From: Myxococcota bacterium | Lineage (GTDB): Bacteria > Myxococcota_A > SURF-8 | Length of the DNA stretch: 64,000 nucleotides | Direction of reading: 5' to 3' | NCBI GenBank assembly: GCA_963674735.2 | Contig: CAXXQS010000001.1 | Location: 1,504,001 to 1,568,000, forward strand | Shown here: in pieces, positions 51,354-61,071 of the stretch | Numbering within the stretch: the stretch's first letter is position 1 | Layout of the letters: each line of letters opens with the position of its first letter | Translations under genes and position numbers: made by a program | The notes under the pieces: model-generated | Seen by the model: the letters and a program-made list of their open reading frames with translations, nothing else | The model's database searches: none | What the model was told of the DNA's origin: nothing

Positions 51354-51788
51354 TCAGGAAACCGGATCGTTGACATGCCCCAGTTGTCGGCGCAATCGCC
51401 AGGTGAGCACTTTGATGATGCCGATGGCGATATCGTTGCGATGATTGAGGATATCGTGAAAATCCTCCCGTTCGATCTTGAGGGCGCGCACGGTTTCGAG
51501 TGCGATGACGCTCGCGGAGCGCGGCTCCGAATCGAGGATCGCCATTTCTCCGACACACTGATTCGTGTTGAGTGTCGTGAGGTCTTTTCCACCGACCTGG
51601 ACGCTGACCGACCCTTCCACGATCAGATAGGCCGCCTCGCCGATATCGCCCTCGTAAATCAACGCCTCCCCGGCGGTGAACGCCACTTCACGGGTGATCC
51701 GGGCGATACGCGCCAGTTCCTCTCCCGGAATCCGAGTGAACAGATCGATTTGTTTGAGCAGCAGAACTTTTTCAACCGTCGATAGCAT
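51354..51788 (-). CDS. Stand-alone cyclic nucleotide-binding domain protein
   Basis: EGDIG..AYLIVEG, GEMAILDSEPRSASV. Confidence 0.9.
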   Translation of the reverse strand: MLSTVEKVLLLKQIDLFTRIPGEELARIARITREVAFTAGEALIYEGDIGEAAYLIVEGSVSVQVGGKDLTTLNTNQCVGEMAILDSEPRSASVIALETVRALKIEREDFHDILNHRNDIAIGIIKVLTWRLRRQLGHVNDPVS

Positions 51789-51968
51789 ACCAACCTCGTT
51801 TTATTGGGTCTGCAAGAAACTACCAAATCGTGGCGTGCCAGACAAGAAAAACGTTGCGTCTCCAGCTCCTCCGTTAAAAGACCCCGTTGGGCTATGTTGA
51901 CAGACCCCCGGCGTTCTGGCAGACTCCTACCTCGGTTTTCCTGTTTGATCATGTGAGGATGCGAAACC

Positions 51969-52559
51969 ATGTCCACAGCGGATGCCCCGAAAACAAGTCC
52001 CCGACCCGCTTCCGATCGCTGTCCCGACTTTCGTGAAATTCTGCGCGAGTCCCACCCGGACGATCGCCTGATCGAACAGATCGTACACTGTTTCCACAAG
52101 CAGCTGGAAGGTTTCGCCCGTTACCAATGTAAAAACCGTGAAAATGCGGAAGACGCCCTGCAAGACGCCCTCTTGACCATGCTCGCCTCGATCGGTAGCT
52201 ACCGCAGCGACGGTCCGCTGGAAGCCTGGCTGAAAAAGCTGTTGGTGTCGTCCTGCTCACGCTTGCGGCGCGGACGTAAAAACAATCCCAACCTGCATCT
52301 CACCGTCGAAGACACCAAACTGGCCGACAACACCATTGATCAGGAGTCTCTGGCCATCCTATCCGACCAGACCCAACGCCTGAGCGCCCTGGTTGATCGG
52401 CTCGATGAACCCAACCGCAGCTTGCTTCTACGGCACGAAGGCGCGGACGTCTCCATCAAGCAACTGGCCCACGAATTCGACCTCAGCACCGAATCGGTGA
52501 AATCGCGTTTGAAACGCAGCCGCGCCAAGTTGCGCGAATGGTTGCTTGCCACTAGCTGA
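51969..52559 (+). CDS. ECF sigma factor
   Basis: AEDALQD, AWL, SIKQLA...SVKSRLKRSR. Confidence 0.88.
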   Translation: MSTADAPKTSPRPASDRCPDFREILRESHPDDRLIEQIVHCFHKQLEGFARYQCKNRENAEDALQDALLTMLASIGSYRSDGPLEAWLKKLLVSSCSRLRRGRKNNPNLHLTVEDTKLADNTIDQESLAILSDQTQRLSALVDRLDEPNRSLLLRHEGADVSIKQLAHEFDLSTESVKSRLKRSRAKLREWLLATS

Positions 52560-52591
52560 CGAATCACTAAAAGCCCGAATAAATTGCGGTA

Positions 52592-53617
52592 TCAGTTGGT
52601 TTTAGCAATCGGAACCACCGTTGCCTGTCCGCGCCAGTTGAGGCCGGAGGCGGTCATCAGTTGCTGCCACAAACGCTCGCGGTCGTCTTCGTCTTCGTGT
52701 TTGAAGGGCACGGCGTAGGGATCTTTCCGTTCGCGGTCGAACCAGAAATGCCCGGAAACGCCCTCGACCGCCGGGCTGGCCGCCAGCCACACGAGGGTAT
52801 CGGCTCCCTGCTCGGGGGTTCGCAAGAGATCGCGCATGAAATTGTAAAAGCGTGGCATGGATGTTTTCACGGCGCCCGTGTCCACCCAGCCGGGATGCAT
52901 GCTGTTGACATTCACCTGTTTGTCCGCCAGACGTTCCGCCCACATTTCCGCCAGAATCACCTGGGCGCGTTTGCTGTTGGCGTAAGCCGTCAACCCATCG
53001 AAGTCGTGGTTTTTCCAGTCGAGATCGTCCAGATCCAGCTTTTGCAGGTACATCCCGCCCGACGACACAAGCACGACCCGTGCCCCATGCGCCTGGGCCA
53101 GTTTGTCTTCCAGCAATTGCGTCATCAAAAACGGTCCCGCCACGTGAGTGGCCCACGTGAGCTCGATCCCCTCATCGGTCATGATCCGTTGATCCGGCAG
53201 CACCCCGGCATTGTGCACCAGGATATCCACCTTGCGCGGAGCGAAGCGGTCCACGAAGTCCCGCACCGAAGCCAAGCTCGACATGTCCACCAACTCCAGC
53301 GTGACGCGCGCCTCGGGGATCTCGCGGCGGATCTCGACCAAGGCGGCCTGCCCGCGTTCGGCGTTGCGGCACAGTAGATAAACCTCCGCGCCACGCCGCG
53401 CCAGTTCACGAGCAGTGATAAAGCCAAGCCCCGAGTTGGCGCCCGTCACCAGGGCCACTTTGTGAAAAAGATCCACATTGAGATCGTTCTCGTGGAACGT
53501 GCGTCGGCGAATGGCATAGCCGGTTTTGCCGAAAGACCAGATTACGCTCTTGTCGGCCAGCCAGCCCAGCCCACGCCAGAAGCGCCGCCCTTGGGGCATT
53601 TTGAATCGTTTGGACAT
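52592..53617 (-). CDS. SDR oxidoreductase (DHRS12-like)
   Basis: TGANSGLG, HNAG, VSSGGM, YANSK, MHPGWVDT. Confidence 0.9.
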   Translation of the reverse strand: MSKRFKMPQGRRFWRGLGWLADKSVIWSFGKTGYAIRRRTFHENDLNVDLFHKVALVTGANSGLGFITARELARRGAEVYLLCRNAERGQAALVEIRREIPEARVTLELVDMSSLASVRDFVDRFAPRKVDILVHNAGVLPDQRIMTDEGIELTWATHVAGPFLMTQLLEDKLAQAHGARVVLVSSGGMYLQKLDLDDLDWKNHDFDGLTAYANSKRAQVILAEMWAERLADKQVNVNSMHPGWVDTGAVKTSMPRFYNFMRDLLRTPEQGADTLVWLAASPAVEGVSGHFWFDRERKDPYAVPFKHEDEDDRERLWQQLMTASGLNWRGQATVVPIAKTN

Positions 53618-53865
53618 AACATCGTCTCCATCGATTGAAACAGCCTGGAAACAAAACCCTGTGCATTCCTCGCGATCCGACAGCGTTTCGTCTCCAACAC
53701 GATCATCTCTATCAGAATAGAGAAGAATAGAGCCGATTTGATTCCAACCGGCTCCCGGATTGTTAGGTTGTATGGACATATCCAGGGACTTTTCGAACGA
53801 ATTTCCCTTTGCGCCATCACGCAAGACGTGCGGAAAAAAAACGACGCGAGGCTACCGAGCCAATA

Positions 53866-54942
53866 TCAATCTGTCCGCTGCTGCTTTTCCGCCACCCAGC
53901 GATCCATATCGGCCCAGCGCTCAAACAGCCATCGCCCCCGATCGACTTCTTCGTTCGGCACATCGGCTGACCGGAATCGGGTCATGCGCACATGAATTGT
54001 CTTCCCCACTAGACCACCGCGCCAGAACCGCGGAAACGAACGCGCGCCCTCAAAGCCGGTGTGCGCGATGAAAAGAATATCGGCCTTGGGTGCGGCGTCC
54101 ATCAAAGCCAGCGGTCCACCCAGTTTGGGTGGAAGAAGATAATTGAATTTCTTCGCAATATCGTACAGTTCATCATGCCCCATGCTCTTCAACCGCTTCA
54201 GACGATATGCTAAGACTCTGGGGGTGAAACGCGTACCTTCGGGGTAAATCAGGATGCCGTCCGACGGTCCCATATGGCGAGCAGCATGCCGGATGGTGGC
54301 AATTTCCCGTTCGGGATCGGCACTTGCACGATCGACGAAAACATTCGGCAGCCGATTACCAACCACGTCCAGACAGATATCCCACAGCAACTCCTTTTTA
54401 AGCACGTAACGCAATACTATTTCGTGAGGGTTGGCCACCAGAACGGCGGGTAAAACGGTATCGGCCGTCGAGGCATGGCGGATAAACACCAATAGCGGGC
54501 CGGGGACGACTTCCGCGCCCTCCTCCACCTTCAGGCGCATGCCGAAAATCCGGAAGGCTCCGTGAAAAAGCGCCTGAGACCAGGCACGCTGAAGCAGAAT
54601 ATTCCAATGTATGAATCGGTGACGCCCCAGGCCTAGAACGTGCCCAGCGGCTATCCAGGCCAAAGTAGCAATGCTAAACCCGAGCACTTCGATATTTAGA
54701 TACAAAAGAAAAAACAACAGGCAGCGCGACCGCGACAACGGCCCATCCAAGGGTTTGATCAGGTCAACAAAGACGACAAACGGCAACACGATGCACGAAC
54801 CCGCCAACATCAATCCCCACAATATGACGTAAAGGGGAACGGACAACAGGCGACGTTTCCAATGACGACCTGAATTGAGTTCAAGCGACAAAGTGGAAAT
54901 CGCGTCTAACAACGTGGCGGACGTTGACACGGAAACCCTCAC
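53866..54942 (-). CDS. Lysophospholipid acyltransferase family protein
   Basis: RHASTAD (Hx4D), KKEL, FVDR, YPEGTR; start uncertain. Confidence 0.85.
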   Translation of the reverse strand: MRVSVSTSATLLDAISTLSLELNSGRHWKRRLLSVPLYVILWGLMLAGSCIVLPFVVFVDLIKPLDGPLSRSRCLLFFLLYLNIEVLGFSIATLAWIAAGHVLGLGRHRFIHWNILLQRAWSQALFHGAFRIFGMRLKVEEGAEVVPGPLLVFIRHASTADTVLPAVLVANPHEIVLRYVLKKELLWDICLDVVGNRLPNVFVDRASADPEREIATIRHAARHMGPSDGILIYPEGTRFTPRVLAYRLKRLKSMGHDELYDIAKKFNYLLPPKLGGPLALMDAAPKADILFIAHTGFEGARSFPRFWRGGLVGKTIHVRMTRFRSADVPNEEVDRGRWLFERWADMDRWVAEKQQRTD

Positions 54943-55073
54943 AAATTAAAAAATGAGGATTCAGTGTAGATAGAAACGGAGTGCAATACAAGGATTTTCA
55001 AGCAGCATCGCCTTGTATTTACTATTTTACTTCGCTTATTGTATTGTTTTTATTACTTGTGTCAGAATAGGTT

Positions 55074-55186
55074 TCACCCATTCGCCAACCAGTTTTCCAA
55101 CCCGGCCAGTTGCTCGCGGACCCGCTCGGGAGCGGTTCCGCCGAAAACGGCGCGTCCTTTGACGGCCTGCTCGTAGTCCAGCGGCC
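55074..55186 (-). pseudogene. Displaced duplicate of the argH 3' end
   Basis: 113 bp with 10 mismatches to 57258-57370; encodes RPLDYEQAVKGRAVFGGTAPERVREQLAGLENWLANG*. Confidence 0.92.
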
Positions 55187-55295
55187 TGCTCCACACGAAT
55201 CGATCTCGTCTCACAGCTTCGATGATCCAATGCACTCGACCATTTGCGGCCGGGTAGGCGGCCTACAGGCAACCTACCCGGCTACAGGACTGCGG

Positions 55296-56054
55296 CTAGT
55301 CAGTCTCGTATGTAGCTCCAATCCTGCCCCAATGCACCCCGTCGGTCCCGGAGGAGAAGTAGACCTGCCTGACTTTCGCGATGACGTCTCTTAGCGGGAC
55401 AAAACCGAACTTCCTGCTGTCCACGCTGTTGTCGCGGTTGTCACCCACAACGTACACGGAGCCGTGGGGCACCTCTTGACGGGTCCCGTCGGGCAGCGTG
55501 ATCGTGTCGCCTGGAAGTGCCTCCACTCTCTTGATGTAGCGTTGGCTGCGATCGTCCGGGTAGATGAAGATCACGATATCGCCTGTTTTCGGCGAGAGCC
55601 GCTGGTAGGCCGTTTTGTCCGCCAGCACGCAGTCACCCCTCATCACGGCGGGTTCCATGCTTGCACTGGGGATCTTGAACGCCTCGATGTAGTTGTCTCG
55701 GACATGGGCGAATACCGCGCCAAGAATCAGCACCGAGCCCAGTAGCCAGGCCGCGAGGTAGAAATACCATTGACGGAAACCTGACGACTTCAAGGCTGTT
55801 TCAGACCGTTTCGCGCCTCGCCAAGCGTCGACAACCGCCAAGGAGTACACGGCCAGCGTGGCTGCGATGGTGCCGATAACCCCGAAAATCAACAGGCGGT
55901 CCGGGAGCAGTACCGTGGACCGGAAACCGATCAGGTTCACGGCCAGAAAGATGATAAAGAAACTGGCCCCTTTCACGCGTTCACCGTTGTAGGCCTGTCC
56001 CATTCCAGGCATAATCAGCCCCATTACCGCCGCAAGTAAGCTTTTCCGTTTCAT
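55296..56054 (-). CDS. lepB: Signal peptidase I with extra N-terminal TM segments
   Basis: IPSASMEP, GD, YIKRV, GDNRDNSVDSR; N-terminal PGMGQAYNG. Confidence 0.9.
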   Translation of the reverse strand: MKRKSLLAAVMGLIMPGMGQAYNGERVKGASFFIIFLAVNLIGFRSTVLLPDRLLIFGVIGTIAATLAVYSLAVVDAWRGAKRSETALKSSGFRQWYFYLAAWLLGSVLILGAVFAHVRDNYIEAFKIPSASMEPAVMRGDCVLADKTAYQRLSPKTGDIVIFIYPDDRSQRYIKRVEALPGDTITLPDGTRQEVPHGSVYVVGDNRDNSVDSRKFGFVPLRDVIAKVRQVYFSSGTDGVHWGRIGATYETD

Positions 56055-56116
56055 GTTCGTTCCTTCCCGGTTCATGATTGCATCCTTTTTCTTCTCCCAT
56101 TCGCGTCTATAACTGA

Positions 56117-56141
56117 TACGCTCGCTGGCGGGGAAAGTTCC
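56117..56141 (-). promoter_or_regulatory. ECF-type promoter upstream of lepB
   Basis: GGAAC-N16-CGTA. Confidence 0.65.
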
Positions 56142-56144
56142 CGA

Positions 56145-56357
56145 CTACCTGCATATCGCCGGGGAGAAGAACAGGAAGGCCACCCTGAAGACGTTATCCA
56201 GAGCGAACAAGAACCCGCCCGCTGCCAGGGCGTATCGCACCGGGACCGACGACAGGAGGCGTTCCGTTTGCGTCGGGACACGTCTGGACGCCTCAAAAGC
56301 CCGCACGTCGGCCATGACGTTGGACACGAAGTGGTCGGATGGTTCAAAGTCCTTCAT
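56145..56357 (-). CDS. Small membrane protein, putative anti-sigma factor
   Basis: Start overlaps the end of the sigma gene; PSDHFVSNVM motif and a C-terminal hydrophobic segment. Confidence 0.55.
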   Translation of the reverse strand: MKDFEPSDHFVSNVMADVRAFEASRRVPTQTERLLSSVPVRYALAAGGFLFALDNVFRVAFLFFSPAICR

Positions 56358-56904
56358 CGCTTTTTCCTCCGGATTCTCCAAGCAGCAGCGACCGCAGCCT
56401 TTCTTTGGCGCGAAAGAGCCGCGACTTCGCTGTGCCCGTGGTTATCCCGTGTTTCAAGGCGATCTGCTTAAGAGAGTCGCCCAGAAGGCTTTCGATGATC
56501 ACGCTTTTATAAGGCTCCGGCAGTTGTTCGAGAGAGGCGCTTATCGCTGCGCCGCACTCGCCCTCGATGACCGCCTGCTCTGGAGAGCGATCCTGTGCCA
56601 CGAGGTTTTCCACCTCTTCGATAGAGAGGGTCGACCTTCTGTTTTTTCTCAGCTCACTGATGCAGCGATTTCTTGCGGTGATGAAAAGCCAGGCCGAGAA
56701 GGGGACGCCGCGAGCGGTGTCGAAGTGATCAAGAGACTTGTAGACGCTCAGAAAGACTTCCTGTCCGATGTCCTCCACTTGGCGTTCGTCGCCCGTGAGA
56801 CGCCAGATGAAGGTGAGAAGTTGCCGGTGGTATTTTCGCACGAGCAGCGAAAATACCTCGCAGTCACCCGCCTGAATGCGTTTTACGATCTCAACGTCGT
56901 CCAA
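56344..56904 (-). CDS. ECF sigma factor (SigW-like)
   Basis: VEDIGQEVF, FSAWL..TARN, SLKQIA...TAKSRLFRA. Confidence 0.92.
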   Translation of the reverse strand: MDDVEIVKRIQAGDCEVFSLLVRKYHRQLLTFIWRLTGDERQVEDIGQEVFLSVYKSLDHFDTARGVPFSAWLFITARNRCISELRKNRRSTLSIEEVENLVAQDRSPEQAVIEGECGAAISASLEQLPEPYKSVIIESLLGDSLKQIALKHGITTGTAKSRLFRAKERLRSLLLGESGGKSDEGL

Positions 56905-56958
56905 AGGAACCCTGCCTTCCGATTAACTATTCGATACTCCGAAGCATGTTACAGATAA

Positions 56959-56983
56959 TACGCAGGAAAACAAAAAAGGTTCC
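56959..56983 (-). promoter_or_regulatory. ECF-type autoregulatory promoter
   Basis: GGAAC-N16-CGTA, about 55 bp upstream of the sigma start. Confidence 0.65.
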
Positions 56984-57257
56984 AGATGTTTGAAGATTCT
57001 CCCCACTCCAAGGTTCCACCAACCTCTATTATCGAATAATTCCTAGAAGTTAGAAGTTTTTTATCCCATTCATTTCGTTCATCGGAAAACGGGCGCTCGC
57101 CGGCGAATGATTTCCCAAAATCGCAAATTGGAGCGCGTCTCCGACGGGCTCCAGATCCCAATAACTTTTTCCAGGTTGGAGTCCTGCTCCAGGGGGTGGG
57201 GAGAAACGAATATCGCTGCAATTACAACAGCAATGACACACTTTCGAAACGATTCCT

Positions 57258-58628
57258 TCAGCTATTCGCCAACCACTTTTCCAGCCCGGCCAGTTGCTCG
57301 CGGACTCGTTCGGGGGCGGTTCCGCCGAAAACGGCGCGGCCCTCGACGGCCTGCTCGTAGTCCAGCGGCCGCGCGATGAGATCGAGTTCGGGGAACGATT
57401 CGGCCGCCCAGCCCTCGGGAATCGACAACAGCGTGGCGTCGGCTTCTTCCAGACGAGTGACGAAAGTCCCGACCCGCCCGTGGGCCTGCCTAAACGGCAC
57501 CCCCGCCGCCGCCAGACGGTCTGCCAGATCGGTCGCCAACAGATCGGCCGTCAGCGCCTGTTCCATTTTGTCACGTCTGAAGGCAGCCTCGCCGAGCGCG
57601 GCGGCGAAGACTTTCAGTGCCAGTCCGGTCTGATCGACGACATCGAAGAGGGCCTGTTTGTCTTCCTGCAAATCCTTGGCGTAGCTCAGCGGCAACCCTT
57701 TCGTAAGGGTTAAAAGCGTGGTCGTCTGCCCGATCACACGCGCCGCTTTGGCTCGCACCAGTTCCATGGCGTCGGGATTGCGCTTCTGCGGCATCATGGA
57801 CGACCCGGTGCTCCAGCGGTCGGAGAAAGACAGATAGCCGAATTGCGGATTGGACCACAGCACGAACTGCTCGGCGTAGCGCGACAGGTGCCCGGCCAGA
57901 ACGGCGCAGACCGTCGCGGTTTCCTGGGCGGCGTCGCGGTCGGCGATAGCATCCAGCGCGTTGGGCAGTGGAGCCGCAAAACCCAAGGCGTGGGCCAACC
58001 GTTCGCGATCCACCGCAAAGCCCGAGCCCGCCAACGCGCCGCTCCCCAGCGGACACAAGGCCGCCCGTTTCCCGGCATCGAGAAGCCGCTCCACGTCGCG
58101 CTGTAAGGCCGCCGCCGCCGACCCGAGAAAGAAGCCCAAGGTAATCGGCTGGGCGGGTTGCATGTGTGTGGTGCCGGGCATCAGCCAATCGATTCCGGCT
58201 TGCGCCTGGTCGATCAGCACCCGGATCGTCGCGCGGGCATCCACCACCAGTTTGTTCAAAGCATCCATCAGGTAAAGACGCAGGTCGCAGGCCACTTGAT
58301 CGTTGCGTGAACGGCCGGTATGGATGCGCGCCCCGGTCTCGCCCAGTTCGTCGGTCAGCAGCCGCTCGACCAGCGTATGCACGTCCTCGTCATCGGGCAG
58401 GACATCTAAATCGCCCGATTGATAGCGTTCCAGGATGCGCCCCAGCACGCCATAGATTTTCGCGCATTCCGCGCCGCTCAAGACACCCAGATATTCCAAC
58501 TCGGCGGCCCAGGCGCGGTTGGTGGCAATGTCGTAGGGGAGCAGCCGGATATCCACCGGCAACGACCGGTTGATTGCGTCCATCAGGGCGTTCGACGATT
58601 GGGCGATGCGGCCTTCGTAAAGCGTCAT
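57258..58628 (-). CDS. argH: Argininosuccinate lyase
   Basis: HTGRSRNDQ, THMQPAQP, GSSMMPQKRNPD. Confidence 0.96.
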   Translation of the reverse strand: MTLYEGRIAQSSNALMDAINRSLPVDIRLLPYDIATNRAWAAELEYLGVLSGAECAKIYGVLGRILERYQSGDLDVLPDDEDVHTLVERLLTDELGETGARIHTGRSRNDQVACDLRLYLMDALNKLVVDARATIRVLIDQAQAGIDWLMPGTTHMQPAQPITLGFFLGSAAAALQRDVERLLDAGKRAALCPLGSGALAGSGFAVDRERLAHALGFAAPLPNALDAIADRDAAQETATVCAVLAGHLSRYAEQFVLWSNPQFGYLSFSDRWSTGSSMMPQKRNPDAMELVRAKAARVIGQTTTLLTLTKGLPLSYAKDLQEDKQALFDVVDQTGLALKVFAAALGEAAFRRDKMEQALTADLLATDLADRLAAAGVPFRQAHGRVGTFVTRLEEADATLLSIPEGWAAESFPELDLIARPLDYEQAVEGRAVFGGTAPERVREQLAGLEKWLANS

Positions 58629-58631
58629 GAC

Positions 58632-59912
58632 TCAGTCTCGCTTGAATTTCGAATGAAACTTCGAGTATTTCGGCGCGTGGTAGCCGTAAAGTTCGTCGCC
58701 GCCTTCCATCTCGATCAGCGAGCGCACCGTGATGGGCAGGCCGAAGAGATTGATGAAGCCCTCGGCGTCGCGCTGCTGGTAGACATCGTCGCGACCGAAA
58801 GTGGCGAAATCTTCGCGATACAGCGAATAAGGCGAACGCCGCCCGCGCACGATGATGTTTCCCTTGTAAAGCAGAAGCCGCACTTCGCCGGTCACATTAT
58901 GCTGGGTTTCGGTCACGAAGGCATCGAGTGCTTCGCGCAGAGGAACGAAATAGCGGCCGTTGTAGATCAGTTCGGCATACTTGGGTGCGAGTTGCTCTTT
59001 GAAATGCATGGTTTCGGCGTCGAGCACCAGACTTTCCAATTCGTGATGCGCGGCGTATAAAATCGCTCCGCCGGGGGTTTCGTAAATCCCGCGCGACTTC
59101 ATGCCCACCAGACGGTTTTCCACGATGTCCACCCGCCCGATGCCGTGTTCGTAACCGAGATCGTTGAGCCGCTTCACCAGCGTCGCCGGGCTCAGCGCTT
59201 CGCCGTCCACTTTGATCGGCATGCCCTTGTCGAAACTCAGCGTAACGGTCGCCCCCTGGTCCGGGGCTTCCCAGGGAGCCTTGGTCATGGAATACACTTC
59301 CTCCGGCGCATCGGCCCAGGGGTCTTCCAATTCGCCGCCCTCGCTGGAAAGGTGCCACAGGTTGCGATCGTGACTGTAGACGCCCTTTTTCTTGACCGTC
59401 AACGGCACGTTGTGCTTTTCGGCATAGGCGTAGGCGTCCTCGCGCGACTGAATGTCCCAGATGCGCCAGGGAGCCAGGATTTTGATTTTGGGGTTGAAGG
59501 CCTTGTAAGCCAGTTCGAAACGCACCTGATCGTTGCCTTTGCCGGTACAGCCATGCACGACCGTATCGGCGCCTTCCGCCTCGACCAGATCCATCATACC
59601 CTTGGCGATCAACGGCCGCGCAATCGAGGTGCCGAGCAGGTAGCGGCCTTCGTACACCGCCCCCGAGCGGATCATGGGGAAGAGGTAGTCGGCGCAGAAC
59701 TCTTCCTGCAGGTCGTCGATCACCACCCGGTCGGCGCCGGTTTTGAGCGCGCGTTCTTCCAGGCCTTCGAGCTCCGCATCACCCTGCCCCACATTGCCCA
59801 CGTAGGCCACCACGCGGCAGTTGAAATTCTCTTTGAGCCAGGGGATGATAATCGAGGTATCCAGGCCGCCCGAGTAGGCCAGGACGGCATTTTTGACGCT
59901 TTGTTCCTTCAT
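58632..59912 (-). CDS. argG: Argininosuccinate synthase
   Basis: AYSGGLDTS, HGCTGKGNDQVRF, KSRGIYETP; start MKEQ at 59912. Confidence 0.96.
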   Translation of the reverse strand: MKEQSVKNAVLAYSGGLDTSIIIPWLKENFNCRVVAYVGNVGQGDAELEGLEERALKTGADRVVIDDLQEEFCADYLFPMIRSGAVYEGRYLLGTSIARPLIAKGMMDLVEAEGADTVVHGCTGKGNDQVRFELAYKAFNPKIKILAPWRIWDIQSREDAYAYAEKHNVPLTVKKKGVYSHDRNLWHLSSEGGELEDPWADAPEEVYSMTKAPWEAPDQGATVTLSFDKGMPIKVDGEALSPATLVKRLNDLGYEHGIGRVDIVENRLVGMKSRGIYETPGGAILYAAHHELESLVLDAETMHFKEQLAPKYAELIYNGRYFVPLREALDAFVTETQHNVTGEVRLLLYKGNIIVRGRRSPYSLYREDFATFGRDDVYQQRDAEGFINLFGLPITVRSLIEMEGGDELYGYHAPKYSKFHSKFKRD

Positions 59913-59976
59913 GACGTGTTCTCTCCGTATCAGGACGTTTCGTTCGAAGTCGATTGTGATTCCTGGTTTCAGTCGC

Positions 59977-61071
59977 TTAGCCGACGGCACACTGCGGGAT
60001 TTCTCCCGCCTCCGCCTCCGCGCAGTATTCTTGAATAATGGAAATATAGCCGTCGATTCCGGCTTGCAATTCGGCGCGTGTGATGCGTTCATCCGGCCGA
60101 TGCGCCCAACGGTTGTCGCCCGGCCCGATTTTGATGGCCGGAATACCGCGCTGCATGAGAAACACCCAGTCGCTGGCGGCGTCGGAGCCGAACAGCGGGG
60201 CCTTGGGCAGAGCCCGGCGCGCCGCCTCGACCACCGGAGCATCGGCCGGGGTTTCGCAGGGAGTCCAGGTGTCCAGCAACACGCGCACATCGCATTTGAG
60301 CGAGCGGCACAGGGTGGCGTGGATGGTCGGACCATCGCAGGCCGGGGTGCTGCGCACGTCGAGAATGGCGCGGGCCTCCGGGGGCGTAACGTTATCGGCG
60401 ATACCGGCTTGGAAACGGGTCGGCGTCACCTTGGCGCGTCCCAGGGTGGCGTGGCGCGGGAACGACAGGTATTGAAGCTGGATCAAATCTTTGGCCAGCA
60501 ACTCGATGGCTCCGGGTTCGGTTATGCGCGCGGCATGACCCTGCTGGCCTTTGGCCACCAGCTCGATCACCATCAGACCTTTTTGGGAAAGGGCGATGCG
60601 CATGGCGGTGGGTTCGCCCACCACCCCGGCGTCGATGGGACCGATACGGTCGAGCAGACGCGGCAGCGACGGATCGTCGCCCTCTTCTCCCACCGACAAC
60701 GCCACCACGACGCGTCCGCGCGGCAATCCGCGTTCCTTGACCGCCGCCAGCGCCAGCAACATGGCGCAACAGGCTCCGCGCGCATCCACCGCGCCGCGAC
60801 CGAACAGGATGTCGTCCTGAATCTCGCCGCCGTGCGGCGGTCGCGTCCATCCCTCACCGGCGGGGACCGTATCGAGATGAGAGGCGAGCACCAATGTCGG
60901 CCCCTCGGCCTCGGCTTCCACGGAAACCAGTAACCCATCGGCGCTGGTGCCGACCTCGAAGCCCAAATCATGCGCCAGCGAAGCGGCGGCCGCGATGATG
61001 GCCGCATCGTCGCTGGGTCCGAGATGAGGCACCTGCAGCAGGCGCGCCAGGGCTTGTAGTTGATCAGACAA
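59977..61071 (-). CDS. argE: M20 acetylornithine/acetylcitrulline deacetylase
   Basis: SHLDTVP, GRGAVD, GEE, GEPT, AHRPDE; TTG start overlaps the argB stop. Confidence 0.82.
   Translation of the reverse strand: MSDQLQALARLLQVPHLGPSDDAAIIAAAASLAHDLGFEVGTSADGLLVSVEAEAEGPTLVLASHLDTVPAGEGWTRPPHGGEIQDDILFGRGAVDARGACCAMLLALAAVKERGLPRGRVVVALSVGEEGDDPSLPRLLDRIGPIDAGVVGEPTAMRIALSQKGLMVIELVAKGQQGHAARITEPGAIELLAKDLIQLQYLSFPRHATLGRAKVTPTRFQAGIADNVTPPEARAILDVRSTPACDGPTIHATLCRSLKCDVRVLLDTWTPCETPADAPVVEAARRALPKAPLFGSDAASDWVFLMQRGIPAIKIGPGDNRWAHRPDERITRAELQAGIDGYISIIQEYCAEAEAGEIPQCAVG

Larger units (their letters stand above)
55187..57370. mobile_element. Genomic islet inserted at the argH 3' end (no integrase)
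   Basis: Bracketed by the 113-bp direct repeat; carries an ECF sigma, a small protein and a signal peptidase. Confidence 0.6.

Noticed and set aside
54985-55019. Inverted repeat AATACAAGG-N17-CCTTGTATT as an IS end or MITE
   Set aside because: A single short occurrence with no transposase or target duplication; it could be an operator, but that is unsupported.
55248-55282. Hairpin GCCGGGTAGG...CCTACCCGGC as an integron attC site
   Set aside because: No RYYYAAC/GTTRRRY boundaries and no integrase; more likely a terminator or stability hairpin after lepB.
59913-60335. N-terminal extension of argG in the ORF track (similar over-extensions for crt, the FHA protein, the nucleotidase, the GNAT and the SDR)
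   Set aside because: It overlaps argE; better starts with an RBS or family-typical N-termini lie downstream.
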